Shown piece by piece: positions 48,210 through 59,008 of a stretch of DNA of 59,008 nt (the stretch's first letter is position 1; each line of letters begins with the position of its first letter). Origin of the DNA: a bacterium (lineage in GTDB: Bacteria > SAR324 > NAC60-12). The stretch is from the NCBI GenBank assembly GCA_965233585.1, contig CBDDTI010000352.1, forward strand, positions 1 through 59,008, given 5' to 3'. The notes below the pieces were generated by a model that was given only the letters and a program-made list of their open reading frames with translations, was not told where the DNA came from and made no database searches. Made by a program: the position numbers and the translations under genes.

Positions 48210-49410
48210 GATACAAAATAGTATGGTTTGTTTGGGGGTACACTATTGTGTCCAGCTGCTTCCTGATGTTTTTTTTAACATTCTCTTTGCCTTTTCCTTT
48301 GCTATTATTTTTTATTTTCTCAATTAGTTTCTTTTATTTACAATTCTCAGAAATGCTCAATTTCTCAAAATATATTATGCCTTATTAAAATCCAAAAAAC
48401 ATGACTCAAACAATTTTTCAAGAGGGTAGTCCATGAGCAACCCTGATACACAATAGTATGGTTTGTTTGAGGGTACACTATTGTGTCCAGCTGCTTCCTG
48501 AGGTGATTTTGTTTTTTTAACATTCCCTTTACATTTTCCTTTGCTAAAGTTTATGTCTTTTATTTTCTCAATTACTTTCTTGTATTTAGAATTCTCAGAA
48601 ATGCCTAATTTCCCAAAATATATGATGCCTTATTAAAACCCAATTAAAAACATCACTCAAACAATTTTTCAAGGGGGTAGTCCATGAGCAACCCTGATAC
48701 ACAATAGTATGGTTTGTTTGAGGGTACACTATTGTGTCCAGCTGCTTCCTGAGGTTATATTTTTTTAAGCATTTCCTTTCCCTTTTCCTTTACTAAAGTT
48801 TGTTTCCTTTTACTTAGCTTCATTCTTCTTGGAATCAAAACCAAAGGCTTTCCAAAGGATGAGTTTCAGCCAACCAAAAAAAACATGAATGATCCTGATA
48901 CACAATAGTATGGTTTGTTTGAGGGTACACTATTGTGTCCAGCTGCCTCCTGAGGTGATTTTGTTTTTTTAACATTCCCTTTACATTTTCCTTTGCTAAA
49001 GTTTATGTCTTTTATTTTCTCAATTACTTTCTTGTATTTAGAATTCTCAGAAATGCCTAATTTCCCAAAATATATGATGCCTTATTAAAACCCAATTAAA
49101 AACATCACCCAAACAATTTTTCAAGGGGGTAGTCCATGAGCAACCCTGATACACAATAGTATGGTTTGTTTGAGGGTACACTATTGTGCCCAGCTGCTTC
49201 CTGAGGTTATATTTTTTTTCAAGCATTTCCTTTCCCTTTTCCTTTACTAAAGTTTGTTTCCTTTTACTTAGCTTCATTCTTCTTGGAATCAAAACCAAAG
49301 GCTTTCCAAAGGATCAGTTTTAGCCAAGCAAAACAAACATGAATGATCCTGATACACAATAGTATGGTTTGTTTGAGGGTACACTATTGTGTCCAGCTTC
49401 TTCCTGAGGT
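48210..49410. repeat. Array of 6 hairpin repeats
   Basis: Copy of 11875-13075. Confidence 0.9.
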
Positions 49411-50085
49411 GAAAAAAACAATCATCCATCCAAGTAATTATTTTAAAGAATATCAAATCTAAATTGATTCACATCTGCTAAATTCAATCTTAGTCCATGC
49501 TGCTAAGTTCAATCTCAGTAATTAATTAATTATCTTAGTGCTTGCAACTCTACCCAACCCCATCACTTTCCCAGCCATCTTTTGCCAGTGTGTCCTGCTG
49601 ATAGTCACATGCTGAGACATTCAAAAATCATTAAGCCTTGCTTAGCTCAATGTTAAAAAAATCACTCAAGCTTGCTGAAGACCTTAATGCTGAGTGAGGT
49701 AGGCAGAATGCTGAGGTCCTGTCAGGGACAAGAAACTGATAGCAAAACTGAAAGACCCATTATTTGACACTAAACTCAGTGATGTTAATGTCCAACATTA
49801 CCCATTACTTATGCTAAAGTAATCAATTAATTAACTAAATAATTGATTAATTATTAATTAATTCATTAATTAGTTAAGTAATTAACTAATTAATTAATTA
49901 ATTAATTATTCTAAACTGCAACAACAACCAGCAGCAGTGGCAAAACCACCCACATCACTTCAGAGGTGCACTCATTTTTTTCTGCCAGCTAAGTAATTCT
50001 TCACAATGCCTCTGGTATAATTACTCAGGAAGTGACTGCTTCTAATTAACTATATATCTGCTCAGCAGACTTGCACCTGAGTTAA

Positions 50086-50818
50086 TTATACATCCACAAC
50101 TTCCTTCACTGAGTCCTGAGGCTTGTGATCAATCTGAGGAGATTTTTGCATCAGCTGTTTGACATCTAGTTCACTCATTTGATGAGTTTCCATGAACTTT
50201 CTCAGAGCTTCCTTATTCACAAGATCCTGAGACAGCTTCTGCTCCCAGTACAACTGAGCTCTTTTCACATTCAGTTGAAGCTCAGCATGCAAAGCCCTGA
50301 GCTCACCTTGCTTATCTTCCATTTACTTAGCATCTTTCCTGAGCCTAAGCATTGTGAGCTCCTGAGATTCAAGTGCCTGCTCAAGTAGAAGAATCTTGGA
50401 CTTCATGTCCTCAATCAGGTCAGGTACATTGTCCAAGTCACTGAGCTTCTGATCTGATTCTGAGTTGTCCAGGAGCTTGTCAATCTCATTGATGTTCAGC
50501 TTTTGGAGCTCAGACTTGACATAGCCCTGAGCATCATTGGCAGTCCTGATAGGCTGAGGCTTCCAAACTGAGCTTCTCTGCATATTTGATAAAGCAGCAT
50601 CTAGCACATCGAAGGGCTGATGAGGTCTGCCTGAGCCCTTCCCTGTTGATGAAGAAGCAGTTGCTGCTGAGAATCCAGCTGGTGCATCAGGCTCAGGAGG
50701 CTTGAACTGAGCTTGTCTGAACTGAGGAGCTACAAATGCACCCCAAGGCAATGGGTCCATTCTGAGCACCTCAGTGTAATATCTTTGAACCACTTCCTGA
50801 GACCAGCCATTGTGTTCC
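50086..50818 (-). pseudogene. Module 4 coiled-coil protein copy 2 with premature TAA at 50323-50325
   Basis: AAA in copy 13757..14464, TAA here. Confidence 0.65.
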
Positions 50819-50888
50819 TGCAGGGTTGCAAATGGTGTCCATGAAAAAATGACAACTATATCAGTTAATTAATGCTCCTTGTCCTATG

Positions 50889-51242
50889 CTAAAACACACA
50901 CACCAACAAAAAAAAATTCATCCATTTGTTCAACCCAGGCACATGGCATTCTCTACATCCTGATTGCCAGGGAATTCTGCTGAGGAAGACTGTGTGGCCA
51001 TTGCCACAGTCAACCTTAGGCTCCCTAAGGTATCTAGGATACTCCACAATGTTTTCTGAGTCCAAGTTGTTGAAGAGTGCTAAGCATGAGGGTTCCTGAG
51101 GTGGATCATTGGACTGAAGCTGGTAGCGCCCTTGGCCACCCCTCTGAGTCCACAAAACTCCATCTGGCACCTCAGCAGGCTTCTCTTCAAACATAGGATG
51201 AGGTTTGCCTGAGCCTCTCCCATGATAGTCAAAGAAAGACAT
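50889..51242 (-). CDS. Module 4 Zn-ribbon-like protein copy 2
   Basis: Near-identical to 14560..14913. Confidence 0.7.
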   Translation of the reverse strand: MSFFDYHGRGSGKPHPMFEEKPAEVPDGVLWTQRGGQGRYQLQSNDPPQEPSCLALFNNLDSENIVEYPRYLREPKVDCGNGHTVFLSRIPWQSGCRECHVPGLNKWMNFFLLVCVF

Positions 51243-51518
51243 GGCTGAGATGATATGGAGCAAAGGTTGATTAGTCCTTGCCCTTAGATTTGAGCCTTAA
51301 AAAGCTGAGGAATCACATAGACATGCACAAATATGAACATGCTACAACTTCATTGGTTAATTAATTAGCTAATTACTCAATTATAAGAAACTTAAACATG
51401 CATAAGCATGCTAATTAATTAATTAATTGATTAATTAATTAATCACAATTGCCAAAAGTCTAAGATTATGTCCAAGCTGAGCACTAATCCCACACCACCA
51501 GAAACACCCTTCAGTCCT

Positions 51519-52346
51519 CTAGGGCTCTTCAGTCTTGGCCTTCTTGGACTTGGGCTCAGCATCTGAGGATGGATCTGATGCTGAATCATCACTGCTCATA
51601 GGCTGAGAGTCTAAGACCTGAGAATCATCAGCCAGCTCCTGGGACCCAAAGGGTGTATCTGATGGTGCTTCATCATCACTCCCCATAGGCTGAGAGTCTA
51701 AGACCTGAGAGTCCTTAGCCACCTCCATCACCTCATGGTCAGGCTGTGCATTCAACTCCTTTTCCATATCCTGAAACTTGCTGAGGGTAGCATCAAATGT
51801 ATCAGGTTTAGCAGGTTGGGCAGGCTGAGGAAGAGGGATACACTCTGATGGCCAACCATCCTGAGCATCCTGAAGAGCTGTCTTGAGAATCCTAATCCAT
51901 TGCCCCTGAGTGATCTTTGGGTAACCCTTGAAGTCTTTGAAGATCTGACTGAGTTCATTCCTGAAACTGAGCATCACCCAATCAGGCACAGCATCAGGAT
52001 CCTCAAGCTGAACCAACTGCTGAGTGTAGTACTTCTGCAGCATGTCCACAAACTGTTCCTGAGAGCACCTGAGCTTCACCTTGATGTCAGCCATCTCAGC
52101 TGTCAGAGCCACCACCTTCATGGAGTTGCTTAAAGAACCACCCAAAAATAAAACTCATTGCTAATTAACCATTTCACTAATTAATTAATGGATTTCCCAT
52201 TGGGAAACAAAAAAACAAATCCAAGCCTTAGGGCTCAAAGAGAATTTCTCCAGAGTCAGGATATTCCTGAGGTTGGAAAACCATTCCACAAGATGATAAT
52301 TGTAGTCCTTCCTGAGCTTGTCCATCTCAGTGTTGAATTGCTCCAT
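51519..52346 (-). CDS. Module 4 probable two-exon helical/acidic protein, intact copy
   Basis: Exon 1 MEQFNTEM.. (TCAGCCATGG), AT-rich gap near 52140-52235, then a 208-aa open frame ending PKSKKAKTEEP. Confidence 0.55.
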
Positions 52347-52679
52347 GGCTGAGCTGATGGGATGCAAAGAAGCTGGCTAGAATGGGCTTGAGCCTTCACA
52401 AGCAAAGAAATAAATCCTCCCATGTGAGATGAAAATTGATTGAAATCAAATGAAAAGCAATTCCTTGTTAATTAATAAAGTTGAAATCAATTCAAAGTAA
52501 AGTGAAAATCAATTGAAAAACAATTTAATTAAACAAATTGAAAATCAACCGAAATTAATTTGAAATTATTTGAAATCAATTGAACATCAGTTGAAATGAA
52601 TTGAAATCAATTGAAATCAAAACCAAAGGCTTTCCAAAGGATGAGTTTCAGCCAAGCAAAAAAAACATGAATGATCATA

Positions 52680-55154
52680 ATACACAATAGTATGGTTTGT
52701 TTGAGGGTACACTATTGTGTCCAGCTGCTTCCTGAGGTTATGTTTTTTTTTCAAGCATTTCCTTTCCCTTTTCATTTACTAAAGTTTGTTTCCTTTTACT
52801 TAGCTTCATCCTTCTTGGAATCAAAACCAAAGGCTTTCCAAAGGATCAGTTTTAGCCAAGCAAAAAAAACATGAATGATCCTGATACACAATAGTATGGT
52901 TTGTTTGAGGGTACACTATTGTGTCCAGCTGCTTCCTGAGGTGATTTTGTTTTTTAACATTCCCTTTACATTTTCCTTTGCTAAAGTTTGTTTCCTCTTA
53001 CTTAGCTTCATTTTTCTTGGAATCAAAACCAAAGGCTTTCTAAAGGATTAGTTTCAGCCAAGCAAAAAAAACATGAATGATCATGATACACAATAGTATG
53101 GTTTGTTTGAGGGTACACTATTGTGTCCAGCTGCTTCCTGAGGTGATTTTGTTTTTTTAACATTCCCTTTGCATTTTCCTTTGCTAAAGCTTTTTTTATT
53201 TTCTCAATTAGTTTCTTTTATTTAGAATTCTCAGAAATGCACAATTTCCCAAAATATTTAATGCCTTATTAAAACCCAATTAAAAAACATGACTCCAACA
53301 ATTTTTCAAGGGGGTAGTCCATGAGCAACCCTGATACACAATAGTGTGGTTTGTTTGGGGGTACACTATTGTGTCCAGCTGCTTCCTGAGGTGATTGTTT
53401 TTTTTCAACCATTTCCTTTTCTTTTTCCTTTGCTAAAGTTTGTTTCCTTTTACTTAGCTTCATTTTTCTTGGATTCAAAACCAAAGGCTTTCCAAAGGAT
53501 TAGTTTCAGCCAAGCAAAAAAAACTTGAATGATCATGATACACAATAGTATGGTTTGTTTGAGGGTACACTATTGTGTCCAGCTGCTTCCTGAGGTGATT
53601 TTGTTTTTTTAACATTCCCTCTACATTTTCCTTTGCTAAAGCTTTTTTTATTTTCTCAATTACTTTCTTTTATTTAGAATTCTCAGAAATGCCTAATTTC
53701 CCAAAATATTGATGCCTTATTAAAACCCAATTAAAAACATCACTCAAACAATTTTTCAAGGGGGTAGTCCATGAGCAACCCTGATACACAATAGTATGGT
53801 TTGTTTGAGGGTACACTATTGTGTCCAAGGTTATATTTTTTTTAAGCATTTCCTTTCCCTTTTCCTTTACTAAAGTTTGTTTCCTTTTACTTCATTTTTC
53901 TTGGATTCAAAACCAAAGGCTTTCCAAAGGATTAGTTTCAGCCAAGCAAAAAAACTTGAATGATCATGATACCAATTGTGTCCAGCTGCTTCCTGAGGTT
54001 ATATTTTTTTTAAGCATTTCCTTTCCCTTTTCCTTTACTAAAGTTTCCTTTTACTTAGCTTCATTTTTCTTTTCAAAACCAAAGGCTTTCAAAGGATTAG
54101 TTTCAGCCAAGTGAATGATCATGATACACAATAGTATGGTTTGTTTGAGGGTACACTATTGTGCCCAGCTGCTTCCAAGCAAAAAATCCTTCATGAATTT
54201 CCAAAGGATCAGTTTTGCAAAAAATACACAATAGTATGGTTTGTTTGAGGGTACACTATTGTGTCCAGCTGCTTCCTGAGGTGATTTTGTTTTTTTAACA
54301 TTCCCTTTGCATTTTCCTTTGCTAAAGCTTTTTTTATTTTCTCAATTAGTTTCTTTTATTTAGAATTCTCAGAAATGCACAATTTCCCAAAATATTTAAT
54401 GCCTTATTAAAACCCAATTAAAAAACATGACTCCAACAATTTTTCAAGGGGGTAGTCCATGAGCAACCCTGATACACAATAGTGTGGTTTGTTTGGGGGT
54501 ACACTATTGTGTCCAGCTGCTTCCTGAGGTGATTGTTTTTTTTCAACCATTTCCTTTTCTTTTTCCTTTGCTAAAGTTTGTTTCCTTTTACTTAGCTTCA
54601 TTTTTCTTGGATTCAAAACCAAAGGCTTTCCAAAGGATTAGTTTCAGCCAAGCAAAAAAAACTTGAATGATCATGATACACAATAGTATGGTTTGTTTGA
54701 GGGTACACTATTGTGTCCAGCTGCTTCCTGAGGTGATTTTGTTTTTTTAACATTCCCTCTACATTTTCCTTTGCTAAAGCTTTTTTTATTTTCTCAATTA
54801 GTTTCTTTTATTTAGAATTCTCAGAAATGCACAATTTCCCAAAATATATGATGCCTTATTAAAACCCAATTAAAAAACATGACTCAAACAATTTTTCAAG
54901 GTGGTAGTCCATGAGCAACCTTGATACACAATAGTGTGGTTTGTTTGGGGGTACACTATTGTGTCCAGCTGCTTCCTGAGGTTATGTTTTTTTTCAACCA
55001 TTTCCTTTTCCTTTTCCTTTGCTAAAGTTTGTTTCCTCTTACTTAGCTTCATTTTTCTTGGAATCAAAACCAAAGGCTTTCCAAAGGATTAGTTTCAGCC
55101 AAGCAAAAAAAACATGAATGATCATGATACACAATAGTATGGTTTGTTTGGTTT
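52680..55154. repeat. Expanded array of about 12-13 hairpin repeats, partly scrambled, last unit truncated
   Basis: Copy of 16340-17955 plus extra and deleted units at 53780-54240. Confidence 0.88.
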
Positions 55155-57039
55155 GTTCTGGTGATGACAGTGTCACCTACTTTGAAGCTCTCAGTTTGGA
55201 GCCAAGTGCCTGAGTCTGAGATGTTGCTCAGTCTGGCCCATTGCCCTGGCACAACTAAGAGGCCTTTGCCCACTGAGCCAATAATCTCCTTATCCTCAGA
55301 AGCATAGACATTGTGCAGGAGCTGTCTTGCCTCATAGGTGATCCTGTATCTATCCTCCCCTGAGATTCCAATGAGAGTGGTGGATCCTGGCTGAGGCAAA
55401 GCTGGCTTGGCTGCTGGTGCTGAGGGCTGACTTGAGCTCGCTGCACCTTGCTGGGTGCTGGCTTCTGCATCTTGCTGAGGGCTGGCTGGTACAATTTGCT
55501 CAGCATCTTCTGGAGATTGGCTTGGTGGAGCTGAGTCAAAGCTGGCCTTCTTCACCAGAGAATCTTTCTCAGAAAACTTGGAGGGAGAACCACTGTCTGC
55601 TGATGCAAAGCTGAGCTGCCTCACTACTGACCCCTTGGGAGATGACTGAGATGACTCAAAGGTCAGCTGTTGTTTTGCCTTAGCCTTAGGTGCTGGTACC
55701 AATTGCTCAACAAGCATGTCAGGCCCACCAGCTGAGTGCATGACCTCCTTGATGGCTTCCCTAACTGAAGAAAATTCTTTGACATCATCAGATTTATGAA
55801 GCTCCTCCTGGGCAAAGACAGCTCTCCTCCCTGTAGCTTTGGCCCACAAGGGCACCTGGTCTGAGAAGCCAATGACCAGTTGATGCCTTGCTGAGATGAA
55901 CTGCACTGGGCCGCTGACCCTTTTGCTCTCAGCTAAGACCTGCTGAGATGCAAGTGTGCTCAGCCACAGGCTGTGGTCAAACTCCTGCCATGTCAGCTTA
56001 GTTCTGGTCTCAGCTTCAGTGGCTGAAATGTTGGTCACCAGCTCAGTGGCCATATACTTAGCATCAAGCCATGAAACAAGTCTGAAAGCAGTTATTTTCC
56101 TATATCCAAGATTTTCAAGCAACTTAGTCTTCCTCTCCTCTCTCTCTCTGTGCTATCTTTGAGCAACTCAGCTCTTTGCAAGGCAGTGATGTCCTTGTTT
56201 GATGCTTTGTTTCTGAGCTCATTTGCTGTGAGCTGCAGTCTGGCCATGTACTCAGCCATCAGATCCTGCTTAGAGATAGTGTTGCCACAAGCTCTTTCAA
56301 GACTGAGCCATTGCTTCATACTTGAGAGGATATCTGGGAAAGCAAGTTTTCTTCCACCTCCCTGAGCCCTCTTTCTCTTAGATTTCTCTTGTTTTCTGAG
56401 GTTCTTGAGCTTGCTCTGAGACACAAGTTGCTTGTATGACTCATGGTTTGCCAGCATGTGGCTGAATTGCTTTTTGGTGATGCCATACTTGCTGCTCTGA
56501 GCCTTCCAAAAATCCTCAAGCTTAGTGAACCTGGGCTTGTCTGCAAGCATCTCCTCACAGTACTTCACCTTTGTCTCAGCTGAGATTTCTGCTCTTTTGG
56601 TGGCTGAGCCTGGCTTCTTCCTGTTGGTACCTGATGAGCTGGCTTGTGGAGACTGCTGAGGTTCCCTCCTTACAAGCCTGGCTGTTTTCTTAGCTATCTC
56701 TATGAGTTCTGAATCTCTCTCAGCTTTTTGAGCCTTCAGCTCAGCATTTTCTCTCAGCAATTCATTCCTTTCCCTCATGGCATCCTGCTGAAATCTGCTG
56801 AGCCTTTGCCTTTTCTGAGGTACCAGTTCTTCTGACACTGGCTTCTCAGCACCTCTCTTCTGGCTTCCTGAGCCAAAAAACTTGCCAAGACCAGACTGCA
56901 ACCTCCCTGAGCTGGGTGGTGAAGACTCAGGGCTGCCAGTAGAGCCCTTCTGAGGTGTAGATTCAGCTCCTCCACCTCTAGCTCCGAGCTGCTTCTTCAC
57001 CTTAGTTGAATACAATGTTGAGGCAAATCCCCAAGACAT
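55155..57039 (-). pseudogene. 3'-truncated second copy of the transposase gene (HTH and first catalytic D only)
   Basis: Near-identical to 26510-28396; breaks at 55155 into a hairpin-repeat loop; (GA)n frameshift near 56140. Confidence 0.88.
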
Positions 57040-58188
57040 GTATTAAAACCTAATTTCAAAACAGCTGAGAACTCAGTTTTTTCTAAGTGTTTTTGACTGA
57101 GTTCCCACATCTCCTGGCTTGGCCAAATGAAGAATCAAAAAATCTTAGGTAATTAATTAATTAATATGGAAAGCATCAACCTTAGGCCATCATATCTATG
57201 ACACATGCTCAAGTGCCATCAAGTTTCTTCTCTGAGGATGCCCAGCTGAGTGTTCACTTTGGAGACTGAGCCACTGAAGACATTCTTGAGCTGAGCTGAT
57301 TTGGAAAGGAAGATCTTGATGATGTAGCCCAACAAGATCATGGCTGAGAACCAGCCCTTGGCATTGCAATCAACAATGAATTAATTAACTAATTAATTAT
57401 ATAATTATATAAGTGTACAATTGTACAGTTATATGCTTAGAGGAAGCTAGTGGAGAAACAAAAGTGTTTACTTACTTAAATCTTGCCTAAGATCCAGCTG
57501 AGCACTGTTGAAGAATTGTTCCAGAGCATTGAGCCTCTTGCTCAGATCCACTGAGTTACAGCCTGCAATGCAGGCTGCATGAGATGGAAAAAACATATTT
57601 CCTCAATTAATTAATTAGGTAAACAAAAGCCCATTCAATAGCCCAAGGTTTAAAACCAAAAAGCTGAGATGCAAGCTCAGATGCTGGCCATGCTGATCCC
57701 TGAGCTCATCACCAAGGCCAAGAAAGCAAAGGTTTTGAGCTGAGATGAAATAGCCATGCTGAGCCTTGGCTGACAAGATTTGAATTAATCAACTAAGCAA
57801 CTGAGAACTGAAACAATGTAATTAACTAAGTAATTAAATATCCCACTTTTATATAGTAATTAATTAATTGACAACTTCTATTTCATAGGAAAAACTTGAG
57901 ACAATAAAAAACAAAATTGGATACAAAAACCAAAACTTGATTTCATTCACAATCTCAGGAACTTCCAGTTGAAATAAGCTGATAGAGGAATAGTCGCTGC
58001 TGAGCTCTGGATGCTGCTGTGCACACATGCAAGCTCAGAACCAAAACATCAAACTTTGCTGAAAGTGCTTTGCTGAGAAATAATTATTCAATTTCCCAAA
58101 TGTATATAATTATATAATTATATAAAATTATATAATATCTTGCAAAAAAACAAAACAACTTTTCAAGAGGTAGTCCATGAGCAACCCT

Positions 58189-58740
58189 GATACACAATAG
58201 TATGGTTTGTTTGGGGGTGCACTATTGTGTCCAGCTGCTTCCTGAGGTTATTTTTTTCAACCATGTCCTTTACCTTATCCTTTAACTACTAAACTTTTTC
58301 TTTTACTTTTCTATTTTTCTTATAATTCTCAGAAATGACCAGTTTCCCAAAATATATGATGCCTTATTAAAACCCAATTAAAAACATCACTCAAACAATT
58401 TTTCAAGGGGGTAGTCCATGAGCAACCCTGATACACAATAGTGTGGTTTGTTTGAGGGTACACTATTGTGTCCAGCTGCTTCCTGAGGTTATGTTTTTTT
58501 CAACCATTTCCTTTTCCTTTTCCTTTGCTAAAGTTTGTTTCTTCTATTTTCTCAATTAGTTTCTTTTATTTAGAATTCTCAGAAATGCCAAATTTCCCAA
58601 AATATATGATGCCTTATTAAAACCCAATTAAAAAATATCACTCAGACAATTTTTCAAGGGGGTAGTCCATCAGCAACCCTGATACACAATAGTGTGGTTT
58701 GTTTGAGGGTACACTATTGTGTCCAGCTGCTTCCTGAGTT
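58189..58740. repeat. Array of 3 hairpin repeats
   Basis: Copy of 29555-30110. Confidence 0.9.
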
Positions 58741-59008
58741 GATTTTTTGTTGCATTCCCTGTACCTTTTCCTTTGCTAAGATTTTTTTTTTGCTGTTTGA
58801 GTTTGAGTTTCTTTCATGTAAAATGCTCAGAAATGCTCAATTTCTTAAAACATATGGTGCCTTATTTAATCCCAATTAAAAAACAGCATCCAACTCAGTG
58901 ATTGCAGCCAGCTTCAATCTCCTTTTTCATCCAATGCCTCTAAGATCTGATGCTGTTGAGGAGCTGAGACATGATGAGAATTCAAAGTAGCTGATGATTG
59001 CTTAGTCT

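Larger units (their letters stand above)
36316..55150. repeat. Near-identical copy of 1-17950 with an expanded final array
   Basis: All ORFs collinear, offset about 36.3 kb. Confidence 0.92.
21257..59008 (-). mobile_element. Giant pogo-like TIR DNA transposon with internal duplications (left TIR, transposase-Ulp1 gene, cargo); runs off the window end
   Basis: Starts TA|ATGTTGGATACTGATTAGTGTGGGGA (inverted copy of 18836-18861), followed by a subterminal repeat array and a DDE_1-type transposase. Confidence 0.85.
55155..59008. repeat. Near-identical copy of 26510-30376
   Basis: Collinear, offset about 28.64 kb. Confidence 0.92.

Noticed and set aside
21257..59008. Polinton/Maverick, Helitron, Mutator/Zisupton or endogenous virus identity
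   Set aside because: No pPolB, capsid, Rep/helicase, MULE or KDZ motifs seen; TA flanks, short TIRs and the DD35D catalytic domain point to pogo

Overview
Eukaryotic, very repetitive DNA, probably from a Symbiodiniaceae dinoflagellate (inferred from the TGTGTAAAAGC satellite, GKG-rich ORF and AG|G splice-like junctions). About 96% of the window belongs to a giant, cargo-carrying DNA transposon of the pogo (IS630/Tc1/mariner-related) group. A 26-bp terminal inverted repeat closes one element at 18836-18861 and opens the next at 21257-21282. Each is flanked by TA inside the host TGTG-TA-AAAGC satellite, with about 2.4 kb of CpG-normal host DNA between them. The reconstructed unit element (21257-30367 joined to 1-18861) is about 28 kb. 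It encodes a roughly 1,500-aa CENP-B-type HTH + DD35D transposase fused in frame to a Ulp1/SENP-like cysteine protease and a C-terminal Cys4 finger. This gene is broken here by a (GA)n slip and one TAG. The element also carries four paralogous minus-strand cargo modules of unknown proteins (small helical ORF, Zn-ribbon ORF, coiled-coil ORF). These are separated by arrays of about 60 copies of a ~58-bp hairpin repeat built from the TIR motif. Internal duplications (about 6 kb and about 28.6 kb) break inside these arrays. The element is almost CpG-free and visibly saturated with CTNAG. The window end overlaps its start by 9 nt. All family assignments are by-eye motif recognition; no searches were run.
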